Source: Octopus vulgaris (Eukaryota). Taken from it: a stretch of 64,000 nt of DNA. The notes under the pieces are model-generated. The model did no database searches, was not told the DNA's origin, and was given only the letters and a program-made list of their open reading frames with translations. Of the stretch, positions 28,812-42,587 are shown one piece after another; within the stretch, counting starts at the first letter, position 1, and each line of letters starts with the position of its first letter. The position numbers and the translations under genes are program-made. The stretch is from the NCBI GenBank assembly GCA_951406725.2, contig OX597833.1, positions 70,432,001-70,496,000 of the forward strand. Reading direction: 5' to 3'.

Positions 28812-29031
28812 ATAGTAATGGTAAGACAAGAAAAGAATGAAAGAGACCTCGATATTATGTAAAATAGAGGAATTTATCTGTAATATAATATGCGACAATT
28901 ATTTGGTTGCCATGATAAAACTCGGATGTCGGGGCGGGAACCTGCTCCAGCTTCTCTTCAGGTTTCCGCCCTGACATCCGAAACTCGGAGTCTTTTTATG
29001 GCAGCCGAATAATTGACACATATTATATTAC

Positions 29032-29032
<1 letters not shown>
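28812..29032. mobile_element. HHR-family element with a fold-back (arms 28879-29032); unfolded family copy at ~57530-57700
   Basis: Both share aatggtaagacaa...gagacctcgatattatgtaaatag...catgataaaactc; the minus strand of the 57.6-kb copy reads gataa-CTGAAGA-gatg...catc-c-AAAA-CTCGGAG-TT-ttatc. Confidence 0.75.
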
Positions 29033-29090
<58 letters not shown>

Positions 29091-29255
29091 CTTCCATTAG
29101 TAAAGGATCGGCAATTGGTACGAAATTCTAGATCTTTCAGTCACTTCTATAGCAGTCTCAGTTTACATCATATATGTGTTTGCGCGTATATGTATATATA
29201 TAATGTATGTATAAAGATATACATACACAGAGTAGCCGCCATATTTCATTCCATA

Positions 29256-29352
29256 GTGGCTACCTCTGAAGAGTGTAGGGTTATATAATCGGATTGTTAC
29301 CTAACACCCCGTTGTACACCTAACGCGAAACCGACTGGTAAGATCAGCCATG
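29256..29352 (+). ncRNA. Type I hammerhead ribozyme with long stem II
   Basis: tggctacct-CTGAAGA-gtgtagg...cctaacgc-GAAA-CCgactGG-TA-agatcagcca; stems I and II imperfect; a truncated family copy lies at ~42585-42623. Confidence 0.7.
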
Positions 29353-30156
29353 ATGGATATATATTACTGTACACTTCGGATTATATTGTACTTATACACG
29401 TGCAGATATACATATATATGTATATGTGTGTGTGTATGTGTGTGTCTGTGTGCATATGTGTATATACATATATATACGCATATATATATGTGTATATATA
29501 TATACATACATATACATACACATATATATGGTATATGTGTGTGTGTGTGAGTGTATGTATGTATTTATCCAGACATACATACATGCACCTATGTACATAC
29601 ACACTTACACTGACGTACGCGCATTCAAGATCTCCCATACAAAGCAAACCTCATTTTCAAACATTTATGCTGTAAAAACAAAACACACCACTAATATTGA
29701 CAAGGTGGGGTGAGAGAGAGACAGAGAGGAAGAGGCTTATCGGATTCTAGTTAAATCAAATAATCTATTTGGAATTCTCCGCAATGTTGCTTTAATGAAC
29801 GCCATATAAATAATGCATAGAAGATTCCACAGCAGCTGTGGTCATAATGCAACAGATGACACATGAAAATCGCGATATGAATGGGTTTTCTGGCCTTTTG
29901 CTGGTTTCCTGTTGTTTGTCCGGTTGTAGATGTTTATTGTAAATTCACTTCAGCCAATAATCAAACGATTGGTTTTCGTTTGTTTGTTGCGGTTTTCTGA
30001 ATAAAAGCGTCGGTGGGTATAGGTTTTCTTTGAATTTCAATCAGTGAGGGATGATCTGCATTTCTTGGGTAGAGAGTGACATGAGAGAGAGTGTAACTCG
30101 GTGCGGAGTAAATATGACAAAGGATTTGAATCTTTCGTGGATGCATATACTTTCTT

Positions 30157-30198
<42 letters not shown>

Positions 30199-30329
30199 TC
30201 GAAAGATACTTATGCACATACATGCATAGACACACATATATACACACACACATACACAAACATGCATACACACACATACACAAACATGCATACACACATA
30301 CACACACAGACAGAAGATCACTCAAAGGG

Positions 30330-30450
30330 TGAATGCATCCCACCAATGGTGTCTACATAGAATACTCAACATCACCTACAGGGACAGAATCACAAACCGT
30401 GAAGTCCCGCGAAGAGCGAGTCGGCACAAATTACTGGAGAATGTGTTCGG
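30330..30450 (+). mobile_element. RTE LINE fragment
   Basis: HQWCLHRILNITYRDRITNREV resembles the RTE CLRRILxIxWxDxVxNxEV motif. Confidence 0.65.
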
Positions 30451-31053
30451 AAAGAGAAGTAAACCTTGCAGGGTAACTATACGGGTGGAACTAACGCTGA
30501 CACTAAGTGACATGTATATATGTACAGGTATATATTGTATGTATGTATGTATGTATGCATGTATGTATGTAGGCAGAATGGCCCAGTGGTTAGGGCAGCC
30601 GACTCGCGGTCGGAGGATCGCGGTTTCGATTCCCAGACCGGGCGTCGTGTGTGTGTTTATTGAGCGAAAACACCTAAAGCTCTACGAGGCTCCAGCAGGG
30701 GGTGGTGGCGACCCCTGTTGTACTCTTTCGCCACAACTTTCTCTCACACTTTCTTCATGTTTCTTGAGTAACGCTGTAATGGACTGGCGTCCAGTCAAGC
30801 TGCGGGGTGAACACATATGCCACAGAAACCGGGAAACCGGGCCCATTAGTCTTGCTAGGCTTGAGAAGGGCGTCTAAATAAAATAACTAAATAAAATGTA
30901 TGTATGTACGTATGTATTTATGTACGTGTGTGTGCATGTGCGTGTGTATGTGCGTGTATGTATGTGCGTGTGTATGTGCGTGTATGTATGTGTGTGTATG
31001 TGCGTGTATGTATGTGTGTGTATGTGTGTGTATGTATGTGTGTGTATGTATGT

Positions 31054-31094
<41 letters not shown>

Positions 31095-31224
31095 TATGTG
31101 TGTGTGTATGTGTGTATGTGTGTATGTATGTATGTGTGTATGTGTATGTGTATGTATGTATGTCTATGTGTATGTATGTATGTATGTAGGTAGGTAGGTA
31201 GGTAGGTAGGTAGGTAGGTAGGTA

Positions 31225-31637
31225 GGGCATTTCTGTTACACTTCAAGATGGGAAGGGTCTTCCTATGATGCTGACATGCAGTGTCTGTGCAAGACCCTGC
31301 CTCAGTAAAGCTAGACTCATGAGTCATCTTCGTAGTCATAAAGTGAGACAGATGAGTGACAACCTGGCCACTGGTGGTGGTGTAACACACCATACTAATC
31401 ATATCTGTCGGGCATGTGGAAGAGAGTGTAATTCGGCAGGAGGACTTAAACGACATGCAAAGGTACATGAAGCCCAGTTACAACTACAGCTGGCTATTAC
31501 CAGTAAAGGTTTTAGCTGCCAATTCTGTACAAGACATTGTAGATCTTTAGCTGGGCTAAAAAGTCACATTCGATCACAGCACCAATAACAGTTAAGCTTC
31601 GTGCAATGGCCATACTCGATAACGAGGGGGAAGCCAT
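31225..31637 (+). mobile_element. 3' end of an RTE-like LINE with three C2H2 zinc fingers
   Basis: CSVCARPCLSKARLMSHLRSH plus the two fingers above; same 3' end as the other copy, different 5' truncation. Confidence 0.75.
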
Positions 31638-32511
31638 CTTGTATACAATAGGCCCGATTAGATGCAAAGAAATACTTCTCACCTTTACAAAATTAACCCT
31701 CCCCACTACATTCTACTTTTGTAAATATGGTGGGTCAGCAAATTCTGTTTTTCTAATTTGTATTAAAAGATTAGTTTTAACACAACTATTGTATTAATGG
31801 ATTATAGCGTTTAACTCTATCTAAGTCGTTATTGTCGCTATTACTACTATGGCTGTCTTCAAAACCGCTTATTTGAATGTCTGACATATTTTTACTATTA
31901 ATTGTTCACAAAGTAATTTATTTTCTCCTTCCTTTTTCTCCATCCAGTTGTGTTGTTTTGGTCTGTTTTTATTCTATTTCATTTGTTTATCTGTTTGTTC
32001 ATGCTTTTACCGTGTTCAGTCATGTAGCGTTTGGAGCTATTTTGGTAGCCATTTTAGATGTGAAAACATAACGGAAAAGAATTTTTTAAAGTTTGTAAAG
32101 CAAATCCTTTTTACTTTTTTCTTTTCTTTTCTATTTTTTTTTTTTTTTTTTTGTCGACGCCCGGGTATTGAGGGTAGGCTTTCCTGAGGTAATTATAGTT
32201 CTTATTTTACAACTACCCCAAAGAAAATTTCGTATGACAATGACTTGAATAAACCGTGGTTCAAACATATGGGGGAAAGTCAAATAGAAGAAGAAGAAGA
32301 AGAAGAAGAAGAAGAAGAAGAAGAAGAAGAAGAAGAAGAAGAAGAAAAAGAAGAAGAAAAAGAAGAACAAGAACAACAACAACAACACTCAAAATACAAA
32401 GCTTTGGAAATAGAGAAAACCGAAACATCCCAATATTATGATTAAAAGCATTCAAGCAAATATACAGAAGTACCTCGGTTTTCGGACAACTCTGATCGCG
32501 AATAAATCGTG

Positions 32512-32562
<51 letters not shown>

Positions 32563-32568
32563 GATAGA

Positions 32569-32603
<35 letters not shown>

Positions 32604-32849
32604 CGTGTGTCAACGAAGAATGACTTTTAGGCTTGATTGCAGTTTTGGGTCAAAGATGGTTTCTTTGATTCAAACTGGTTCCAAAGTCGTCTGGAATGTT
32701 AGACGCATACACTTGCGCATACACATGCAGTCATACGTACGTAGTTACATGCACTTCTACATACATGCATAGATATATACACACAACATGCACACACATA
32801 CTCATACATATACACAACTATATGCACGAGAATGCATACATAAAAAAAA

Positions 32850-33000
32850 GACATACAAATCTGCACGTGTACATACATACAAACAAAAACACCCTGCTGT
32901 CGATGTTGAAATTGCAATGAAGGAGCCTTGGATCGAGGTTAGAAACCGGCTCCTTCTCTATTGGCAAGAAATCTTGAAATAAAACTGAACAATGACATAT
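32850..33000 (+). mobile_element. Short element in a (CATA)n tract; inverted copy at ~61084-61270
   Basis: gatgttgaaatt.caatgaaggagccttggatc.agg.tagaaacc...ctattgg.aagaaatcttg.aataaaactgaacaatgacata present in both; degenerate HHR-like layout. Confidence 0.75.
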
Positions 33001-33311
33001 ATACATACACACACATGTACATAGATATATATACACACATATGCATGCATACATACACACACACACAAACATACATACCAGACACATACATACAAACATA
33101 AATACATAAATACATACATACATAAAAACATACATACATACAAAAAACATATACATACATACATACATAAATGCATACATACATACATACATGCATAGAT
33201 ACATACATACATGCATACATACATACATACATACATACATACATACATACATACATGCATACATGCATGCATGCATACATACATGCATGCATGCATACAT
33301 ACATACATACG

Positions 33312-33675
33312 GTGACTAAATTCTCATATGTTCCTATCGTCATAGATGCATTAGGTAATGCACCAACAAATTTGCACAATAACCTAGAAATACTCGGCTT
33401 CACAGAGAAAGGGCAAAAGAAACTGCCGTGGATTCTTCAAATCCAGTCGATAAGTGGCACAGTGGAGATCTGTAAGACATTCCAAAAATTCTCCATCTGA
33501 GATTTTCAGGTGAATAGATGCACACACTTTTATGTGTTCATCGACAGTTGAACCCCAACCCACCAACTCAACCACAGATTTACAAACACCAGGAACTCTC
33601 TTCACTCGGAAAATCTCGTCACTTTGTTAGCAACTGGCTTGGAATCTCTCTCGAGAAGAACTGAAATAAAACTCA
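33312..33675 (+). mobile_element. R4-like RLE 3' fragment of a different family
   Basis: FSYVPIVIDALG...LEILGF...LQIQSISGTVEICKTF then a short 3' UTR; flanked by (TACA)n/(CA)n. Confidence 0.65.
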
Positions 33676-35372
33676 AAGAAGAAACATACACACACGCACA
33701 AACATGCACACACATGCATACATACGTACATACATACATACATACATACACACATACACACACACACACACATTAAAACTATTAATGGTGTTTCGGGTTA
33801 CAATTGTATTGCGGTTTTGCCTTATAGTTTTAAACTTCAGTAAAGTGTTTGTTTGCTGTGTTGAATGGTAAATAGATTATACAGGCGGGATCAGGGCAGG
33901 GCAGGGCAGGGCAGGGCAGGGCAGGGCAGGGCGGAACACATGACAAGAGTGCTGCTTGTTCAATGAAAAACACTAATGATCCCAAACACACACACACACA
34001 CACACACACATACAGACAGACCTGCATACATGCATGCATGCATTCATACATATTCAGAACACAATAAACATACAACACACACACACATACACACGACATA
34101 ATCCTAAACACATAAAGAAAATGTTTTTCTCCAGCTTAGCTGGAGACACACAATATTTCTATTGACCGTAAACAAATATTAGTTACAAACTGTTTTAATG
34201 ATAAGAGAACAGAGGCCTCGCTTATTTTCATTTCTTTATAAACAAAACTGAGATATTCCAACTGAAGAGGGGATCATCTGTATGGTAGGTAGACCCAGCT
34301 AGAAATAGCAGCCAGCTTTTAATAACAGGTCGCATCAATAAAGATTGACCTGGGGCTAAACAGCGGCAAGAAATGGCGTATAGATGAATAAGTAAAGGCT
34401 CTTTTAAAGGCGGCGAGTTGTCAGAAACGTTAGCACGCCGGGCGCTACGTTCTGAGTTCAAATTCCGCCGAGGTCGACTTTGCCTTTCATCGTTTCGGGG
34501 TCGATAAATTAAGTACCAGTTACACACTGGGGTCGATATAATCGACTGAATCCGTTTGTCTGTCCTTGTTTGTCCCCTCTGTGTTTAGCCTCTTGTGGGT
34601 AGTAAAGAAATAGGTATTTCGTCTATCTTTACGTTCTGAGTTCAAATTCCACCGAGGTTGACTTCGCTTTTCATCGTTTCGGGGTCGATAAATTAAGTTG
34701 TGTACCGGCGGCAATCTAATCGACTGCGCCCCCACCCCAAAATTTCGGGTAAAGGCTCTTATAAAATAAGGGTAAAGGCTCTTTCAATCCAGACCTATTA
34801 AATAAGCGAATCGCGGCAATATTTCATTTTTATAAGTTTTATTTTATTAATTTTTAAATATTCTGTAAAATAATATTATTAGCATATGTTCAGAATTGGA
34901 ACCTGACAAAGGTTGTAAATCACACCAGTTCCGGTGAGTCGAATTAGTACCGTTTGTGTAATCTGATGTTATATCAGCCAGTGGGAAAGACGTTTATGCA
35001 TTCATTCCCCAAAAGGTGTGACCTATTTCCCCTTCACTAATGAAACCCAAACTGTCACATGCAGGCTGTATTTGGTGATATTGAGATATATTACCAGGAA
35101 AGGGGAGCATCACTCTGCTAGTCACACTAGTGATTGCGATGTTCTTCACAGTATTTTTAAATGTACATAATGGCAAACACTCGTCTTATCGTGAAATAAC
35201 TTTTAAAGCAAACTTTTACATTTCTTATGTTTTGATAAACACTCTCTAGATCAAACTAAAAATATGACACCCTAGTCATAATACCCACTTGAACTTCTAA
35301 CTTGTTGTTTCTTGAGGTCTCTGGGTGAGACTCGGAGTCAACTTGTACAAACACAAAACAAAATTCAAACAG

Positions 35373-36180
<808 letters not shown>

Positions 36181-36183
<3 letters not shown>

Positions 36184-36776
36184 CGGATCATGATAAAATG
36201 ATGGCAAGAAAAGCCCCTTCATAGCAAATACTGGGTTAAACTAAATGCAAAAGAAATAGACAGAGAAAAATCCCAGCAATGGTTGAGAAGCTCAGGACTC
36301 AAAGCAGAGACAGAGGGATTTTTAATTGCAGCACAAGACCAAAGCCTCCTCACCAGAAATTACCAAAAACATGTAATGAAAAGAAATTCAAGTAACTGCA
36401 GAATATGTGGAGACGGACAAGAAACAATAAATCATATTATCTTTGGCTGCCCAGTCCTGGTTAAGGAGGAATATATTCCCAGACACGACAGAGCTGGGAC
36501 CTACATACACTGGAAGCTATGTCAACACTATGGAATAACAACAGAAAAAAGATGGTATAGACACACACCAGAAAAGGTCACAGAAAACGAGAAAGCAACC
36601 ATACTAAAGGATATGCCAATACACACAGATAGAGAAATTAAGGCCAATAGGCCAGATATAGTTGTCAGAGATCATGAATGAAAAAAATGCTTTCTAATGG
36701 ATGTATCAATACCAACAGATGTCAACGTTTCTCTAAAAGAAATGGAGAAACTTTCAAAGTACAAATATCTGGAAGC
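36181..36776 (+). mobile_element. R4/Dong-clade fragment (CCHC finger + RLE), second copy
   Basis: LKAETEGFLIAAQDQSLLTRNY...CRICGDGQETINHIIFGC...RHD...RPDIVV; premature stop. Confidence 0.88.
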
Positions 36777-36881
36777 ATGATCAGTAAACAAGTATCAACC
36801 TAGTCTGCTGGTTGTGGACAGCTGACACTTTCCTTCATACCCAGGAAAATAAGCTGTGAGTTTTAACCACAGCTTAATAAC

Positions 36882-36913
<32 letters not shown>

Positions 36914-36961
36914 TAACAATAATAATAATAATAATAATAACAACAACAACAACAACAATAA

Positions 36962-37475
36962 ATTCCCTGGTGCAGTACCAGGCAGTGGCTCTCGTGGCTT
37001 CTGGTCTTAACTGACTGGAAGTGTTATCATGTACATTGCTTTGTCCTGGTATAGAAAAAGGGTTACAGCAAATATTCTGCTCAACACCACAGATTTGCTT
37101 GTCAGTTGTTTGGCCTTAACCAGTTGAACATGTCCCTTAGTGGCAGAAGTAGTGGGGGAGCATCATAGCTATGTGTTGAGAGGAATTCTTTGGGGTTTGG
37201 ATAATTCACTTCCGAAAACATCCTTCAAAAACCCTTATTGAGAGACCATTTGAGCAAGATGGGCTACTCAACCTGAAGAAGATTCTAACAGGGTTAGGGT
37301 TATGCAAGGCCATGCACTGTTTATCTTAATATAAGATCACCATGTCGAGCACATATGGTTGTGATGCATGTGCCTGGTGTACCCTTATCTGACGGGTAGT
37401 CATGATGGGTATACTGGACTTCGTATATTTTACCCCAGTGTCACATTGATGGCGTGCACTGCTCTCTCACTCAAT
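36962..37475 (-). mobile_element. (TAA)n-flanked non-coding insert, possibly the 5' part or a non-autonomous derivative of a TAA-targeting element
   Basis: ~510 bp of complex sequence exactly bounded by (AAT/AAC)n tracts; family and strand are inferred. Confidence 0.45.
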
Positions 37476-38217
37476 AATAATAATAATAATAATAATAATA
37501 CACACCCCAGCTGACGCAACATGTTCAATATGACACTGGTTCGTGTGATTCACCCCCAGCGTTGCTATTGTTCAGAGGAACAAACAATAAGAGATAATGT
37601 TTTTAAATGTTTATTAACCATAATTAAGGCGAGAGCAAACACACCTTAAATATTTCGTAATTTCCCTCTGAAATATGGAAACAAAATAAAACAAAGAAAT
37701 AATATATTTTTCTCTTATGTTTTCCTTTAATTTACTTTTTTTAAAATATAATTCTTGTTATTGATACTCTTTTGTTGTGTTTTTAGTTTTGCTTTTCTGA
37801 GGAAATACTACACCAGTTTAGTTGAGTCACCAACGGATGTTGCTTAATTTAGAAGCTCAAATTTCGGCCGAATTTGGTGAGGGGTGGGCGAAATTTAGTT
37901 CATAATAACTCAAATATTTGACTACATACACACACAGATACAAATACCACATATATAATTATATAACAATATATATATATATATATATGTAAATGCATAT
38001 AGATACACATATTTTTTTCTCTCCTTCTTTCTGTGTTTTTTTCTCTGTGTATCTTTCTGTTGAAGAGCGTAGGCTCGAAACGTTAAAGACTTGTTTTATT
38101 TATATTTCCTGAGCGCCATACTAATACAATTGTTTGTTTGTATTCCACCTGCCTTCGTCTTTTGTTTATTTCCGTAAACCTGCCTTCGTCTTTTGTCTAT
38201 TTTCATAAAGCTTCCCG

Positions 38218-38262
<45 letters not shown>

Positions 38263-38527
38263 CAGATATACATACATGCATACACGCATACATACATACA
38301 TACATACATACATACATACATACATACATACATACATACATACATACATACATACGCACACATACATCTCGAATATGTGTGTGTATAATCAATACTTGCT
38401 GATATGGTCACAAAATTACGCAAGACTGGTTATAATGAATAATGATGAAACAATTGTAAACTAAGCATCATAATTATTTGTTGATTCCTTCCTTCGGTAT
38501 TTATTATTATGTATATATATATATGTA

Positions 38528-38564
<37 letters not shown>

Positions 38565-38575
38565 ATGTGTGTGTA

Positions 38576-38608
<33 letters not shown>

Positions 38609-39688
38609 ATTTGAAGGGAGATTTTCTTAAATTAAAACTTTTTTCATTACATCAAGAAATGTTTAAAAACTCAGAATACCAAGAATTTTTTTAAAAAGAA
38701 GCGTTCGTAGTGAATAAACACTTTCGGTGTTAACAGGCTTTTCAGACACACGTGTTATGAGATAATCCGTGTTGAAGAAGTTGTTTCATAAGAATGTTGA
38801 CTATTTCTGATTTAGTTTCGGGTTTAGAATTCTTGAAAAGTATTCTTTTGCCTTTTGTAGGTGAGTTTTTCAAAACAAAAAAGTAACCAATCAGGTGCAT
38901 GTTCATTCGTCAATGACACCGAACTGTTGTTGCTTAGAACAACGAGTTTTGCGACTCAACGTTGAAACATCTAAAACAGGACGATTGAGCCGTTTTAGTA
39001 TCAGTGGCTAATTGTAAATGTAGAAGGAACTCCTAGGGTGAATGAATGTTGAGAAAAATAATTTTGGAAATTAATATGTCAACACAAGATTTTATTAAGC
39101 AACATTAAGTACAATATTACAATGTATACATTTTCAAATATTAGATTATTATATTCCTACTCCCTGTGGTAGAACTCTGAGATTTTCCTTTTTAGAGTTC
39201 CACCAGCCTCTGTGTGCGCAGTTTATAGACTTCCTGCTGGAAATATTGGTCACAGCCGCGAACAGAACTGTTTGTAGTAAAAATGGCCGCAAGCATTTCG
39301 CACGTAAAAACCCGATTCAGAACGAGGCTAAAAAAGTTCCTTCGTTCTCGATACGATTCATGCGGACTCGTTCACTTCTAATAATGAGAAAAATGGGTAA
39401 TTGTTTCAGAAATAAATGGATGTGAGGCGTGGGGTGCCTGCCTGGTGTCTATTTGTAAGTATGCATTATGTAAGTTGGAAAACACAAACAATGACCTCCC
39501 TCCGGTCGACTCTATGTTTGTTATTTTAATATAATAAGGATACACATTATTTTCACATTATTAATTTGGTATACACACATATATGAGCATGCCTGTAGCT
39601 GTAAGAATATGCATAGAAATATATATATATATGCATGTATGTATATGTATCTATATTGCACATATTTACATATATTCTTTTATATATA

Positions 39689-39747
<59 letters not shown>

Positions 39748-39786
39748 TTTTACACTCATATATTCAGGTATTTGTATGTGTGCAAG

Positions 39787-39869
<83 letters not shown>

Positions 39870-41336
39870 TGTGTGCTGTCAGGACAAAATTTTCTAATGA
39901 GCCCTTATCCAATTTAAGAACCTAGAGTGTGATTCGAGGAAAATTTGGCTGAAATATAAAATCAGGCTCAGAGAATCCAGGCAGAGTCCTTAAACACGTA
40001 GGCTGCAAGTAAACTTTGTGGTTGTGTATTCCTAGAAGAGACGTAGTTATACAAAAGAAATATAATAAATATAAAGACGTTCCAGCCGCGGCAATCCCAT
40101 CGTTTGTATACCAGGAGCTATATTGTTCGATGTGGACTTTATCTAAAACTCACTCACACACACACACTCTCTCTCTCCCTCTCTCTCCCTCCCTCTTTCT
40201 GCCTTACAGATTCCAATTCATATCTTCAGAGTGGATGGTTGGACTAACAGTCAAATTAGTTCATATTTCAAGTCGCTTTTAGTGACGTTGTGAGTTTCGA
40301 TTTCTTTATTAAGAGCAATAGAAGAGAGACGCTTTATCGATTGCATATCGACACCTTAAAATCAATATGATAATATCTTAATTAGCAATTATATACCTCT
40401 GCATACGTGATCCGATCCTTCTAATTTCTTCAGTACAGTTGGTGTCTTAAATTTGAATTTAAATTATATTATAGTTTTTTTTTTAACTCGTAACTCTTTT
40501 TGACAAGTTTCTCTAAGACAAGATATTACAGCAAGCGTCGTTCTACATTCATTTGTTTAATTATAACAAAGATTACGACGACGACGACAACAACAACAAC
40601 AACACGAATAGCAACCGATAGAAGTTCAATCATCTGAATAACAGTTATATTAATCCCTTCCCCTTCCCACCAGTCTGGAAGGATCTCTAACTGGCACTCC
40701 GTCGGTTGCGACGACGAGCGCTTCAGTTGATCCGGTCAACGGAAGAACCTGCTTGTGAAATTAACGTACAAGTGGTTGAGTACGCCACAGACAGGTGAAC
40801 CCTCAACGTAGTTCTCAGGGAGATTCACGCATGGCACAGAATGTGACAAGGCTGGCCATTTTGAAATACAGGTACAACTCATTCTTGCCAGATGAGTGGG
40901 CAAAATGGCCGTGAAATAAGGTGTCTTACTCAAAGACACAACGCGCCTCGGTGATTCGAACTCTCCACTTTACGGACGTGAGTCCAATGCCCTAACTAAA
41001 CCACGCGCCTTCACTAAGGACCTTTAACAACTATTATCACTTGTCTCTTTTCTTTTCTTTTTTGTTTTGTTTGTTTAATCCAACCAAGCATTATTTAAAA
41101 AAGGATAGCAGAATTGTTAGCACGCTGGGCGAAATGCTTAGGGATATTTCGCCCGTCGCTACGTTCTGAGTTCAAATTCCGCCGAGGTCGGCTTTGCCTT
41201 TCATCCTTTCAGGGTCGATAAATTAAGTACCTATGAAGCACTGGAGTCAGTGTAATTAACTAGTCCCCTCCCCACAAATTTGAGACCTTGTACCTCCAGT
41301 AGAAAGGTATTTTTTTAAAAAGGAAACACAACTCAC

Positions 41337-41825
41337 CATCATTGGGAACCCGGGTCCTTTCTGACTGGCAATGTAGATTTTCCGTTTATCTTCCAATTCC
41401 ATTTTCCGTTGCTCGACTTGTTCATCGTCTTGAGGCAAAATTGTATCCAGATGACGAATTTGGTAATGATAATTAGCTTTGATCCACCGAAACACGGGGA
41501 AGATACTCATTTCATTAGTTTTAACATTTTCCACCATGATTTTCTCCACGTACCAATCTGGAGAAACTCCGGCATTGTCTCGCCAGAATTCGATTTTTTC
41601 CACTCGACCGAAATCTCGCAAATTTCTCACCGAGAACGTATCGCTGGCACCTTTTTTGAAATCATCTCGTAGAATATTATCCAAGACGATCTCGTAAGAT
41701 TTCTCTCCGTCCTCGTTGATCAAAATGATTTTGACATTGGCGTCGGTTGACGCATGCTTACGATCTCCAGTTCTGACAAATACAAGGAAATCCGAATTTA
41801 AGTACCGCCTTACGGAGTTCCCCAT
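41337..41825 (-). CDS. Lipoxygenase-family gene, first coding exon (PLAT/LH2 domain plus start of the catalytic domain)
   Basis: ATG at 41825-41823 opens MGNSVRRYLNSDFLVFVRTGDRKHASTDANVKIILINEDG...DDFKKGASDTF...IEFWRDNAGVSPDWYVEKIMV...FPVFRWI...LPQDD...QRKMELEDKRKIY...GPGFPMM (163 codons). This has the PLAT signature and the LOX-type QRxxELxxxxxxY motif. Phase-0 GTGAGT donor at 41336-41331; pyrimidine tract plus CAG acceptor at 41842-41840, so a 5' UTR exon should lie further right (not located). Confidence 0.93.
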
Positions 41826-42547
41826 CTTGTTCGCTACTGCTGAAAAAGAAATTAAAAAGACTACATAATTGCATGCATACATATATGCATAAAAGTTAGG
41901 TATAAGCGACGGAAGCAGTATTAGTCCAAAAGAGCAATCTATACATCTTACTTAATGTGGATATACTGTACAAAGCTACAAAACTGCGGTATTCGTCTCG
42001 AGACAGCATCTCATATACACGTATAGTGCTAAAAAGCACAGAATTATATCAGTGGCAGACGGAAAACGTTTCAATTTCTGTCTGCACGTCATCAGTTGCA
42101 AGTGTCCATATCATCCGCATGCTTAGATAAATTTAGCCTCTACTGATAAAGTAAAACAGCGATAAACAAATCACTGACGCCACAAATAGCTGGAGGGCTG
42201 GGTATAAATTCGTTGTTATGGGTGGAAGCAGTATTGGTTTAGAATAGCATTCTGTATATCTTACTTAACATGGATACCCTGCAGGAAGCCACAAAACTGC
42301 AGTATTCATTTCGAGAAAGGTTCTTGTATATATACTGCGTGGCACCTTGGGCAAGTGCCTTCCACCATAGCCTCGGGTCGACCAAACTTTTTTGAGTAGA
42401 TATGATAAACGGAAACTGAAAGAAGCTCGTGTTTATATATATATATACAGCAAAAACTGTCTGATTCTAGCAAAAACTGTCTGATGAACGGCAACGAGAA
42501 ACTCAGAGCAACAGATTTTGTTGAATTTTTCTGCTGCTTTAAATAAA

Positions 42548-42587
<40 letters not shown>

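Noticed and set aside
40208-40355. Possible minus-strand exon (tttaAG...GTAAG)
   Set aside because: In-frame stop in the frame examined, no LOX similarity, and the LOX frame is already contiguous without it.
41805-41825. N-myristoylation signal MGNSVRR
   Set aside because: Gly2/Asn3 fit but position 6 is Arg rather than Ser/Thr; unsupported.
41256-41882. ORF-track boundaries of the PLAT ORF
   Set aside because: The extensions beyond 41839 and below 41337 are intronic (pyrimidine tract on one side; GTGAGT donor and SINE tail on the other).
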